A stretch of DNA of 64,000 bases, from the NCBI GenBank assembly GCA_907165135.1, contig OU015568.1, positions 15,573,208 to 15,637,207 of the forward strand. Direction: 5' to 3'. Below, piece after piece: positions 48,937 through 60,627 of this stretch (positions within the stretch are counted from its first letter, which is position 1; each line of letters opens with the position of its first letter). A program made the position numbers and the translations under genes. This DNA comes from Oikopleura dioica (Eukaryota; Animalia; Chordata). Under the pieces are notes generated by a model. That model saw nothing but the letters and a program-made list of their open reading frames with translations, had not been told where the DNA came from and made no database searches.

Positions 48937-50250
48937 TCCTGGTATTTATAATTTTATCTCGGAAGAAATCCGCTTCGGTTCTGGATTCGTAAATTGAATC
49001 GGAACAACACATAAATCATGCCGACAACTTCAGTCGTTTTTAAGCCAATTTTGACAACGGTAAATATTTCGATATTTCCGCTCGGGCCCGAATCATTCTT
49101 GGGAACCTTTTGGGACAAGCAGACGGCAGATGCGCCCCAGGATAATCCATGCTTAGCTGCCATGTTCAATACAAAATGTCAGAATTACGTTGTGACCTTT
49201 TTTGGTATTTGAGACTGTTGCGAATTAAACGTGTTTCTAGCGCGCGACCGTACCCGAAAATTCGGGTTTTAAAGCTGTCTTTTTTGATTTTTCGCAAAAA
49301 ATAGGAAAGTAGATTTTTTATTTTTTTACCGTAGAGATGATGTCTGCGTTAAAGTTTCATTTTAAGATTGTTCAGTTAGGTTTAGTTCTTCTGAAGAGCA
49401 GTGTGATGAGAAGGGAAGGTCTTGACTTCTGTCGGTTTTTTGATGGCAATCTTGGTGTTTCCTTGGAGACTATTGCTGAAAAATATTCTTAGTTGTTTCC
49501 ATCGTATTGTTTCTCTTACCGAGTGACTGGCAGCATGAGAGGAGTACTGGCCGTCAAGTATCGCATGTGCTTCATCTTTCTTTTTCTCTTGGAAACGACC
49601 TTTTTTCTTCTCGTGGACAAATTTTCTCTTCAAAAAACCTTGTGAACCTTGGGCGATGACCCTGTGTGTGTCAAGAAGAAAATTTCAACCTTTTTAGGGG
49701 GCAATAACCACCGCGGTGCGACTTCTGTCGCAGCTGATTCTGATCAGATAAGGGCGTCGTGACCCTTTTTTATTCAATCGCGGCCGATTTTACGCCCTCA
49801 ATATTTCACATATCCGCCGCGGGAAATATCATGTTATAAAACGATTCATATCTCTACGGCTCTCCATCTATTTTTACGTATTTTAGACAGTCTTCCTCTT
49901 CTTTTCTTCATCTAAAAATGAGTGTATTCGGAGTTGGAAGATTGACTCAACCTTTTTAACCCCTTCCTTAAAATTCTGGTGTCGCAATCAAAAACCGAGC
50001 GGAGACAAGAAAATAGAAGGATGCTCTTTAGATCCGCTCGAAAACGTGTTTGATTTACTGGTAGAAAGAACAACCATACGGTGCGTGAGGCATGATACTG
50101 TCATTGATAAGGGAGCGTTCGGTTTAATCGCAACCAGGTGCTTGGATATTGAAAGAGAACGCAATTGTGCGTCAGCGTTTTTTCGGGAGGTTTTTCTTGT
50201 ATAATTTTTGAAATGAAAATCTAAATAGAAATTTTCCATAAAAACAGAAT

Positions 50251-50499
50251 TTATTTTTCGATCACATATCTGAAGAACTGCCTATCAAAATAGGCTTGGA
50301 ACTTGGCAGAGTTGTTGAATTTCGGGTTGATTTTGTTTTTCATCCATCCGTATTGCTTCTGGATAAATGACCCTGAGCCTCGTCGATGATGGTCAGTTAT
50401 TCTGCCAAGAGAGTTTTGGTGATACTGCAGGAAAAATTCTGACTTTGTAAACATGGCCATGCTGCTTGCTAGAAATTGGAGGAGAAGAAAGAGGTTCAT
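50251..50499 (-). CDS. Small secreted protein (82 aa), single exon
   Basis: ATG start, signal-peptide-like MNLFLLLQFLASSMA, basic and aromatic mature part, internal RR. Confidence 0.6.
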   Translation of the reverse strand: MNLFLLLQFLASSMAMFTKSEFFLQYHQNSLGRITDHHRRGSGSFIQKQYGWMKNKINPKFNNSAKFQAYFDRQFFRYVIEK

Positions 50500-50905
50500 T
50501 TTTCCTTGTTGTGATTTCTTTGTCGACCCGCGTTATTTTTTATTTCAATTGTTACAAGGTTTTATGTAAGCGTTGGTAAGAAATTGGAAAGGAATATGTT
50601 CCTGTCTTTCTCCCAGCTAGAATCACACTGGAATAAATTTTCTGTGTTCATGAATGATTTGCATACTCGTCATCAGCGGCGAGCACATTCAGACATTTAC
50701 ATATAATCATTGGAGCTTTCCGAAATATGGGCTAGGAGAATTGTTTGCGTAGATCGTCAAGAAATTCTCGTGCATGTAGGATGGCTCATCCTGGATGGGG
50801 AAAATTATAATTTTGATATCCCTCCTTTCAAATTCCATTTCGTCTTCAATGATGTAAGCTAGAAGATCGGTATTTGCTTCCTCAAGGGTTTGAGCTTGTC
50901 AGAAG

Positions 50906-51273
50906 CAGAGTTGCAAATTTGCTGAGCTGAGTGAGCTGAGCTGGCTAAGTGAGCTGAGCAGTCGCTCAGCTTAGCTCAGCTCAGTGATTTTGGAAAATGA
51001 TCTGATCTGCTCAGCTCAGCTCAGCTCAGACAATTATCACTTAGCTCAGCTCAGCTCAATCAGCTCAGTTCAGCTCTAATAAGGGTCCGCTCAGCTCAGC
51101 TTAGCTCAAATCTCTTAAACAAAAGGTCTTCTCAGCTCAGCTCCGCTCAATGACCTCTGAAAAGGGCCAGCTCAGCTCAGTTACCTCCAAAATTGGCCAG
51201 CTCAGCTCAGAGAAATTTTTACTAAGGTCAGCTCAGCTCAGCTCAGAAAAATTAATCAAAATTTGCAACTCTT
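50906..51273. mobile_element. Family-F hAT MITE with GCTCA arrays
   Basis: TIR CAGAGTTGCAAATTT, perfect TSD GTCAGAAG; arrays invert polarity within the element. Confidence 0.92.
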
Positions 51274-51799
51274 GTCAGAAGGCTTAGTCAGTCTTATCAA
51301 TATTCGAAGTTGATCTTGGGAAATTGATGCTATCAAATCAATAAAATTTACATTCGCGAGGAGAAATCTGCTGTTCGAAAAGTCACAATGTTCCAAGCAA
51401 ATATGCATTCATTTTCTTATCTTGCAACTAAAATTTATTTTGTTGAAAGTTGCAGAAGACGGTCTATTTTCGACAAATGACTTTCAAATTTCGGCCAGCC
51501 GCGGCATCGCTTCTCGGAGAATTCTCCCAGGATGTCCATAAACGGATTGATAACTTAATTATTTTTAATCAAATAAAAACTAGAATTGAGCACTACCGTT
51601 TTGTTTGATTGTTTTCGGAGTATTATTAAAGCTGTTTAGTTTGCTTGAAATGCAGCCCAAACTTTGTCCTCGATTAAATCTCCTCACAAATTTGATTTTT
51701 AAGATTTTTACCAGTCGAATCGCTCTTAATCCAAGTTCAGATTTGATCAAAATGAAGACATTGTAAAAAATGGCAAAATCGATGTTGACACCCTTAAAC

Positions 51800-53180
51800 T
51801 TGCTGTCTGAACGCTTCCTGGGTTTCTTGCGATTGCCGCTGATGTTTTCCTGAATCCACAAGCTTGCGTTATTCTGATAGTTATTAAGATAATCAAGAAA
51901 TGTCAAAGGCGTCGAGGTAGACGTCGCGCTTGCTGTCGTCGTAACTATTAGCGGGTTTTTAACGATCTTACGTTCTGCAATTATTCACGCGTCTCGCTTA
52001 ACTAACAGAGTAACCCAGTCTCTGTCGTAATCGCCGGGCAGCAGTATCGAACTCCGAAGTCGTTGCATGATCCATCAAGCGCTACATCCTTGCACATGAT
52101 CCCGATGAAATCTGGAATGACAGCGCGTTCCGCTCCTTGCGACGCGTTCAAAGAACTCAGCAAGGACTCCAGTTGCTCGTCAGAAAAATTTCTACAAGTA
52201 AAAATTAGCGATTGGACATATTATGGGCTCTTGCAATGGTCTGGGCTCGGTAGACCTGAGTAGAAAACCTGAGTCAGGGTTTTAAAAGAGTAAAATGAAA
52301 AGCCGCGTAGCGGCTTTTTTAAAAACGAAGCCGCAAAGCGGCTTCGCTAGTTAAAATCATTCATTGAGTTGGCAACTTTGGCGAAGCCGCTTCGCGGCTT
52401 CGTTTTGAAAAAAGCCGCGTTCAATGTAATCTTTTAGAACTCTGACTCAGGTTTTCTATTCAGGTTGCCGAGCCCAGATTATGGAAAGTACCCAAGTACT
52501 TTTTATATTGAAAAATTAGCGATCGGAACTCATGATCACTGATCAAGTTGAAAAACTATTTTTTCTTTGTGGTTCAAACAACTGCCGTTCCTAAAACAAA
52601 GTCTATCCCAAATCGCCGTATCATTAAAAACATCCTTATCCCCTTTTTTCTAAAAGGAAAGAGTCACTTTGGAAGATCTAATTCAATACAGAGAGCGGGA
52701 AAATTATCTTCGATCTGAATTACTCGGCGAAATAGTAGCCTCACCTTATTTTGGAAGGCGTTGTTTTACCGCTAATCGAATTAAATACAACATGATTTTA
52801 CGATGTTAGATGTTGGCATTAATATCAATTTCCACTCACGATTATCTCGTGTATATAATTGGGAAAATCGATATTTAACCAGACTTCAAAATACGCTCGT
52901 ATGTACTACGTACTTCTTTGTCCACTTGACTTTCATGCTAAACGGTAATTGCCCGCTGCTACGATTTCCGCCGCATTGTTCGAGACTTGCCTGATGGTCG
53001 TGCACACTGTTTGTCGAGCATCTTCACTTTGAACCTGCCCGATTATAGAAGCGGGCACGTCGATAAAGTGAGTGAGGAAATTGTCGGTGTCCTTGGGATT
53101 CTCTATCAGTGGAACGGGGAAAGGACATGTGGCTTCGATAACGGCGCCAGATGACCAGTCAATTTCGATCAATTCGGTTG
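51800..53180 (-). CDS. Exons of a probable secreted protein with a WxxW/mucin-2-like Cys motif
   Basis: GIMCKDVALDGSCNDFGVRYCCP resembles the GxxCxNxxQxxxCxDYEVRxCC end of WxxW domains; flanking exons include a Thr/Ser-rich linker. Confidence 0.45.
52241..52477. mobile_element. Family-A MITE, intronic
   Basis: Intact TIRs; TSD not matched. Confidence 0.9.
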
Positions 53181-53213
53181 CTGAAAAATGATGATGAAAA
53201 TGAAAAGGTCCTC

Positions 53214-53343
53214 GAATGTCCCCAATGTCCCTTAATAGCCCTGAATGCTCCTAAATGTCCCAGAATGTCCCCAATCTCTCTTAATGTCCCCAATGTCCCA
53301 AAATGTCCCTGAATGTCCCTGAATGTCCCCAAATGTCCCGAAT
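53214..53343. repeat. 9-10-bp minisatellite AATGTCCC(C/T)N (reverse complement GGGACATT)
   Basis: About 13 units visible. Confidence 0.9.
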
Positions 53344-54304
53344 TTTCCGCGGACTTTCGTAAAAAGAAGTGAAGCCTGTTTAAAGCTAGAATAGCCATAC
53401 AAGATCCTCTACTCCTAATGTACCTCCAGGTATCTCCAGGAATCACTTTTTTTGAACAGCATAATTATTCAGCCTCCAATGTTACGCCCGTATGTAACCT
53501 TGGAGCTTGAAATTGAATAATCTTGCAAGAAATTGTTCTTTACTCCATACAAGTACCGGTTCTGGGCACTTTTCACAAAGTGCTCTTACTGAAAACTTTA
53601 CCTGAACTAGAGAGCGCGAGAATCAAACAAGTCCAAAAAGTCGGAAAAGAAATCATTTTTTGCTTTATCTCTTTTTGAAAATGGAGAACTGATGGAAAAA
53701 GTGTTTTAATTATGAATAAGAAGCATTGATCCAATTATTTAATCAAATTAGCGCCATTAAACTAACCGAGAATTGAAATTTCTTGTGAAGCGCGAACAAC
53801 GACTAAACATTTGGCGTCTGATTTTCTGACTCAGATGTTTCCGAGTTCGTTTTCTAAAAACCCACTCTTTTGATCTTGAAAAATAGTACTAAAAGACGAT
53901 TTCTTCGTCGGATTTTGCGGTAGTTTGGACATTTCCTCCGCGTGAATTTCATTACGCTATACTTTCTGCTCGTATTTTTAAATAGAATCTTTGCCTTATC
54001 TGGGCTCGTTTGTTCGACTTTTTTAGGAGAAACGAGAATTAAGGATTAAAAATAAAAAATTTGGAAGTAAGTTCCATTGGCGGACGATTTCGCAAGCTCG
54101 CATTTTTGGCGAACCGCGGTGTTGGGTCGCAATCAACCCGCAAATATCGAAAGATTCTCTTGAAATGAAAACTAACAGAAATGATCGTGAATTTACAAAC
54201 ACTCACAGCATTCCCAGAAGCGATTGAACATGCACGTTACTGTCATTTTTACAGTCGATAACAAGTTTTCAGAAGCTTTCTGAGCTTGATTTTTGAATCA
54301 ATTT

Positions 54305-54485
54305 TGAAGCAAAATGAAAAGCCGCATAGCGGCTTTTTAAACATGAAGCCGCGAAGCGGCTTTTAAGAATTTTAACATGATTAAAAAGGTATATTTGCGA
54401 AGCCGCTTCGCGGCTTCGTTTTTGAAAAAGCCGCTACGCGGCTTTTCATTTTAGATTTTCCAGAGCCTGACTAAGCAGCAGCCAG
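54305..54485. mobile_element. Family-A MITE core, termini lost
   Basis: Four hairpins and a partial right arm. Confidence 0.8.
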
Positions 54486-55119
54486 CTAAAATTATGCATA
54501 AGCTGTAAACATGCCTCTAAAATGCAGCTTTCTTTTTGACTCCAAAGAAAAAATCTGCATGGCTAGGTTCTTTGTTGATTAGTTTGTTTGGCGCACGTGC
54601 ACGTTTTGCACGGATTCGCTTTGTCACGAGAAAATCGGAAGTGCTAATTCCGGGGCAAAAGCGCTTTAGCTCAACGAACATCATAAGCTCCTCAAGCGCG
54701 TCAAGTTCGACAGCCGTCTCCGAAACAAATGCGCCAAATGGTCTTAAACGATGTTCGAACTTATGCCTTCTGCCCGGTCTCTTGATTGTTGCTCTTTTGA
54801 CCGGCCGCAAAAGACAACGTGAAAAGCAGTTGTAACCAACTGAAACTGTCTTCTCACGACGCTTTACTCGAGCAGATTATGGCCCATTCTAGGCTATTTT
54901 GAGATTCAGAAATGCGCGAAAAAATCCCGCAAAATTCGCCCAAAAATACGATTGAAACTGTTTTGAGCGGAGCACCGCGGAATCTCGGGTTAGGTTCGAG
55001 TTCACAACCGTCATGAATTTCAATCAGATTTAATCAACTTCTCAAATACGCTATTTTTTCTCAACATTTTTTCAGAAATACTTCCCGCTAATAAAAAGGG
55101 TTGAGCTCGAAAATTGCTC

Positions 55120-55248
55120 ATGAGGTCGGAAACCTGTGTAGAAACCTGAGTCAGGGTCCTGAGAAAGCATAAACGAGGCCCCATAGAATATGGGGCCCTA
55201 GCTCTCTCGGACCCTGACTCAGGCTTCTGCACAGGTTGCCGAGCCCCG
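55120..55248. mobile_element. Family-A derivative lacking the hairpin module
   Basis: Family arms around a different GGGCCC-containing core. Confidence 0.8.
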
Positions 55249-55481
55249 GATCATTTTTTCTGGGAAGAAGGAACCTTCTCTTATCTTCCGTTTTCAATGA
55301 ATTCAGGGGGCGAATGCGGGGCTCGACTCAGGCTTCATCCGTCTAGATTTATTGTAGGAATTAACCGCCTTTTATTTAGCTCGTTTTCGCCGCTTCAAAA
55401 CACGAGAAAGTCCCAAAACCCAACGAATCTTCAACCCTTCATCTTTCTTCAAAAAGTCAAAATTAATCCTCAACTGCCAAA

Positions 55482-58400
55482 ATGTGGAACGACCTCAAGC
55501 AAGAGGTCAAAATGCTGCGGCAGTACAGTACGCCACTGGGAAATATTTGGTATGTAATTCAGGTAAGAAATCGTGCTTTCAAAAATATGTAAAAATATGA
55601 AAAAATTTTTCTTGAGAAAAAATTACGAAAAAGGCTTTTCTTGTTATTTGTTTAAAGAAAAATCAGACATAAGAAAGCTGCAACGTGGCTACTATTCTAC
55701 AGTCAATAGTAGTTAGCTAATTATTTACAGGAAATCTCTAAAAAGCAACGTCGCATTTTCCAGGCAATAGCGATTGCATTCTTGCGCCATAGCTGGTCCG
55801 CAGCGGATCAAGTGCATTGCTGCCCCGGAACTACCGGAAAGCATCCATTTTAACCTGCTTTGACAATACCACTCACTCTTACAAAACCACAAACATCAAC
55901 TACAAATTGAAGTCTAGTTTTCCAGCTCTGAATACCGGCATTTCTCTGTTTGTTTTTACAGAGAAACATAATGTTAGATTTTCTTTAATTGATCCTTGAT
56001 TTTAGCCACCACAGTATCTCAATTTTAACAGGCCGCAAGTATTAGCATCCTCATACCAAATTGTTGCCAAAATAGGCAATGTGGGTTAATACACGTTCAT
56101 AGTCACGGCTCGCATATTTCTCGGGTTAAAACCCTCAAACCCAACATAATTGTTAAATTTAGGGAGGCCCCTGTATCAGAGCAAAAAGGGGGAACCGACA
56201 AAGAAATTTCGACAAATTTTACGTGGAAATTTTCAACCAATCAGAAGACTGCAATCGCCTAACCGGCCAATCAGCAACCAATAGCCGCCCACGCAAAATT
56301 TGGCGAATTTTTTTGTCGGTTCCTTAGGCCATCCCACAATAAGGGTGTCCTTAATATTTTTTATTTAGTTCATTTTCCGACTCCTGATAGTGTCGATGAT
56401 CGGAAGCCAAGTGTATGGTGATGAGCAAGGACAGTTCAAATGTGATACCAATCAACCCGGCTGTCAGAACGTTTGCTACAATAGCCAAGGATAAAAAAAG
56501 AAGAATTCACCTTCCGGAATATATGATTTCCATTTCTCATCCTTGATCAGATTCTCGCCAGTTTCCCACATGCGATTTTGGTCGATTCAAATGCTTTTCC
56601 TTTCCATGCCGAAATTCGTCTTCCACGCGTACATCACCTTAGGACGGTCACGTGATCAACCACAGTTAAACAATAGTTTAAAAAGTTTAATCCTAAGCAA
56701 TTTTTCTTTGCAAACGTTTATTCTTTCGAAACGTAAATATAAAATAAGCGACCGGTTCCGTTGTTTGACCCTCTGAATAGTCATAAACAACAAAAAGTAT
56801 TAGATCGAGCGTGGGAAAAGCTCAAAGAAACGGAGACTGAAGCTCGCGCAGGTTCGTGATCCTTCATTTTAAGGGGTAGGCCTCGTAATGGCTCATTTCG
56901 GCCGACTTTTCTGCATGAATTTGGACCCTTATTTCTTCCGAAAATAAGGGTATATCAATCCTAACTCACGAAGAATAATCAGCCGAAAATCGGGTTTATG
57001 ATGTCTGGTAGACATTCTGTCTAGTAGACAACTAACAACTTCATTAAGATTTCTCCGATGATGAGAGCACTACAAGGAACTCGCAACTATCCGACTTAAA
57101 AGCCGCTAGGTAAGCTGTTTATTTTCATCAACACGGGTGACTAGCGATTAATTTAATTTCAAGGGCGTATGAGAAAATCGAAAAGCAGAAGAAAAAGTAC
57201 ATGATTCGTGAAAGCCAAATCAAGGCGGGCATCTCTCATAATTATTGCATCAGTATTAGGTGGCTCAAGCGGCCGCGTAAATCGGATACTGTGGATACCC
57301 GCAGAATAGAAAAAGAATCACGTGGATGATCGAGGAAACTTAGAGGAGGTGATCTGGACGCCCGGCATTAGACTTGGATACTTGGTGCATCTTTTTTTCC
57401 AAGAAAGGATCTTTTGAATAACTAACCTTTTCCTAAAAGAAATTTTTGATGATCCGACGGTCTGAGCCGCCATTGAAGGCCTGTTTTTATGGCTAGCCTA
57501 CAAATTACAACAGAACCAGACGCGAAAATCCGGCTGGATCGCCTTTCGGGTTCCGGAGCGATACGACTGCTTTTCCGACGAACACGTGAGTACCTACACT
57601 AAAAAAAAGGAGTATCGTTAACCGGTTCAAATGACTGGTAGACTGAATATTTACCATGCGTTGTAAACAGTACTTAGTTGTCTTTAATAGCTTATTAGTA
57701 AATGTGTTAATGATCTTTTCGGTGGAAAAATAATTACAGCTTTTGTCTAACAAGTTAAACACTATGTTCAAATTAAAACGCTAATGATGATAATAACCTT
57801 GGATTATCCCCTCACCATAAATAACACCAAACATTGAATTCTTCGAAAATTTAATTGTCTATCTTTCCACGGCAGACATTGTTTTTTGTAAAAAAGAAAC
57901 GTGTCAAAATAAACAAATTATATTCTCCCGTTGAGGGTGCTTTCACTGTCTGCCAGAAAAAAGTACTTTGAAATTCAGGAATTCAGATTATGAGATAAGG
58001 GTTGAAGATTGCTTTGCTTTTGTCTGTTGTTTATCGCATATGAACTTCAAAGAGTAGATTTTTTACAGTGAATCTCTATAACGGGTTGTCTTTCAGACGA
58101 AACCGCCATGGGGCGATGAGACTGTAACTGCTTGTGGACAGAGCAAAGAAATTCCTTGCTGGGTTTCTCGACCTTGGGAGAAGACGCTCTTCGTTTTTAT
58201 ATGAGTAAGTTTTTGACAGGGAATACTGTGTTATAATTATTTAAGGCGGAATGGCAGGGATTTCGATTATAATTTCTATTGCCGAGTTTTTGTATATGTC
58301 GACTCATATGGGCGTCAAAGGGTACAAGGTACGTATTGGGAAGATTAAAGGGAGTAACGACGATGATTAAAGAGGAGGAAAATTTTAAACAAAGAAAAGA

Positions 58401-58606
58401 ACCTTTTGTGGACGCAGGACAAGATTTGGAATCCTTACGAGAATCCAGATTATCAACAAAAGCTTAGAGAGCATAACATAGAAAATGGAAGTCTCAGTAG
58501 GCGGCGCATCAATTCCAGGTCAGTGAAACTCCAAAACTCGCAAAGAAATTTTAAATTTAACTCGAAATTGGAAATTTGCATGAACAACAAGTGCACTTGC
58601 GGGTAA
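55482..58606 (+). CDS. Connexin (gap-junction protein), intron-rich; 3' end uncertain (may reach about 58800)
   Basis: MWNDLKQEVKMLRQYSTPLGNIWYVIQ|FIFRLL...[38 protein letters not shown]; EL2 VPERYDC...ACGQSKEIPCWVSRPWEKTLF; TM4 IISIAEFLYM. Confidence 0.95.
56191..56323. mobile_element. Small MITE carrying three CCAAT boxes, in connexin intron 1
   Basis: TIR GGAACCGACAAA / TTTGTCGGTTCC; CCAAT at about 56238, 56267 and 56277. Confidence 0.7.
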
Positions 58607-58820
58607 AATGAACAGAGCTAGTTGTTTGTGAAGTTCAAATTATGCGCAGTGAAAAGAGGCCGGAATTGATCGTTTAACATAAAGCCTAGATCGACGTCTG
58701 GCTACCAGACACCAACGCGCAGAGAGAGGCCATTTTCTCCGCCGAAGAACAATCAGCACGAAACATCAGTGCTCATTGAGCATCCTCGATCGAAAGGACC
58801 GACTCTTCCTCCCTAGCCAT

Positions 58821-59063
58821 CTGGGCTCGGCAACCTGTTAAGAAAAAGAGTCAGGGTCTGAAATAGCTGAAATGAAAAGCCGGGCAGCGGCTTTTTTAAA
58901 AACGAAGCCGCAAAGCGGCTTCACCTGAATATTTCTTTGATTAAAACGGTAATATTAGCGAAGCCGCTTTGCGGCTTCGTTCTCAGAAAAGCCGCTGCGC
59001 GGCTATTCATTTCAGCACTTTAAAGCCCTGACTCAGGTTTTCTACACAGGTTCCCGAGCCCAG
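58821..59063. mobile_element. Family-A MITE
   Basis: Intact TIRs, perfect TSD CTAGCCAT. Confidence 0.95.
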
Positions 59064-59694
59064 CTAGCCATAGCGATCAGCTTGCTTCATGAAAGAAAAA
59101 AAAAACTATTTCAGAAACTGCTCATTGAAAATATTAAAAATAAACGCTTCCAGTAAACTCTTCACTAGAAATAAATGAACCTCGATTCTGATTTCCATTT
59201 CCGGCAGATTGGAACATGAATAATTTATTTTTGCGAATTTTCATTTCAAAAAACACGGTGAACACCTGTTGTAGAAATTTCAAAAATTCAGTTTCAATTA
59301 TACATTGCTCGCGGAATTCGCTGAATTGGATATTTCACCGGCATTCATTAGCATAAACGCTGGCAGTAGAGACGTGAAAGTACAGTCAAGGGTAAAGAAA
59401 TGCTGACAAGCGATTATTCTGAAAGACAATTTGAAGCTGGTATAACTATTCTTCTATGCGAAATTTCGTCTCTTTTGACATGCTGATGCATAATTTGAAA
59501 TTTCCAAACTCTCTGAGAGATGATGAGACATTAATTGGGGTTCTGATAATATATTTCATGGATAAGTTATTATTTGTACAAGCATATGAGCTATATTCAA
59601 TAAAAATAACTTGTATACAATAATTATTTACAATTACAATTATTCACAATAAATTGTCAGAGGCATGTTGAAAATCAAAGGTGATGAGGACAAA

Positions 59695-60627
59695 TCAGTT
59701 AAAAACTTTGAAAACACGGTTCTTAGTGAACTTTACGTGGCAGCTTGGACATTTTTTCTGTGGAAGATTGGAGATGCAGTTGAAGCAGGCTTTGTGACCA
59801 CATGGGATGATTACAGCTTCAGGATGATCGTTGTCGAAGGGAAAGAAGCAGACCTTGCAATGAGGCTTCTCATTCTCAGTTTTTGGTTTTTTGGATTTAG
59901 GCTCACTTTCTAAAGACCAATAAATATTTATACAAAATAATAAAGTTTTTAAGTTCTTACCGACAGTTTCCAAAGCAACTTGAGTCACAAAAAGAACTCG
60001 CTTTGCACTTTTCTCACGTAGTTTTCTTAAAGTTTTTCCTTTTAATTTCTCCGACTCCAATTCTTTTTTTGCGATTGCGACCGCTTCTTTGGCCTTTTTC
60101 AGATTTTTCTTTGCATCAGATAGACTCGACGTAGCGAAACCTATCCTTGCATCACAATCATCATCTTCCTTTCTAATTCTTTGATAAAGATCATTGAAAT
60201 ACTCGTGTTCATTGTCAGCATCTATAAACAAAAGTCTTCTTATTTTTATTGTATGAAACTGATACCGTCAGGCTCAGGTTTAAGCATTAATGCGGCTTCG
60301 CAACAAGTTCCAATAACCAACTCGAGATAAGACAATTTATCCGCAGCGCAGTTTCCTGCTCGACATTTGAATGTTGAGTTACAGTATTGAAACGTGGCTT
60401 TTTCATCCGGAAAATCCAAATCTTTACATGGTTTGCAAAGTTTGAATTCTTGTATAACAGTCGTTGATTCGGAGATTCTTAAATATATAAGGGTACGAAT
60501 GTTGCAGTGTAATCAATATTTTTTGAATAAAATTGAACGTAAAATCATCTTTAGCCTACCCGCATTCATCACAGTTTCCATGTTCACCACGATAAGTGAG
60601 AAACTTATCAAGGCCCACCAATTCCAT
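59695..60627 (-). CDS. Cys-rich, coiled coil, RING-HC protein, paralogue 3
   Basis: MELVGLDKFLTYRGEHGNCDEC...KLCKPC...STFKCRAGNCAADKLSYLELVIGTCC...coiled coil...CKVCFFPFDNDHPEAVIIPCGHKACFNC...CPSC. Confidence 0.88.

Noticed and set aside
54965-55010. tRNA or SINE (GGTTCGAGT B-box-like)
   Set aside because: No cloverleaf, A box or acceptor stem.
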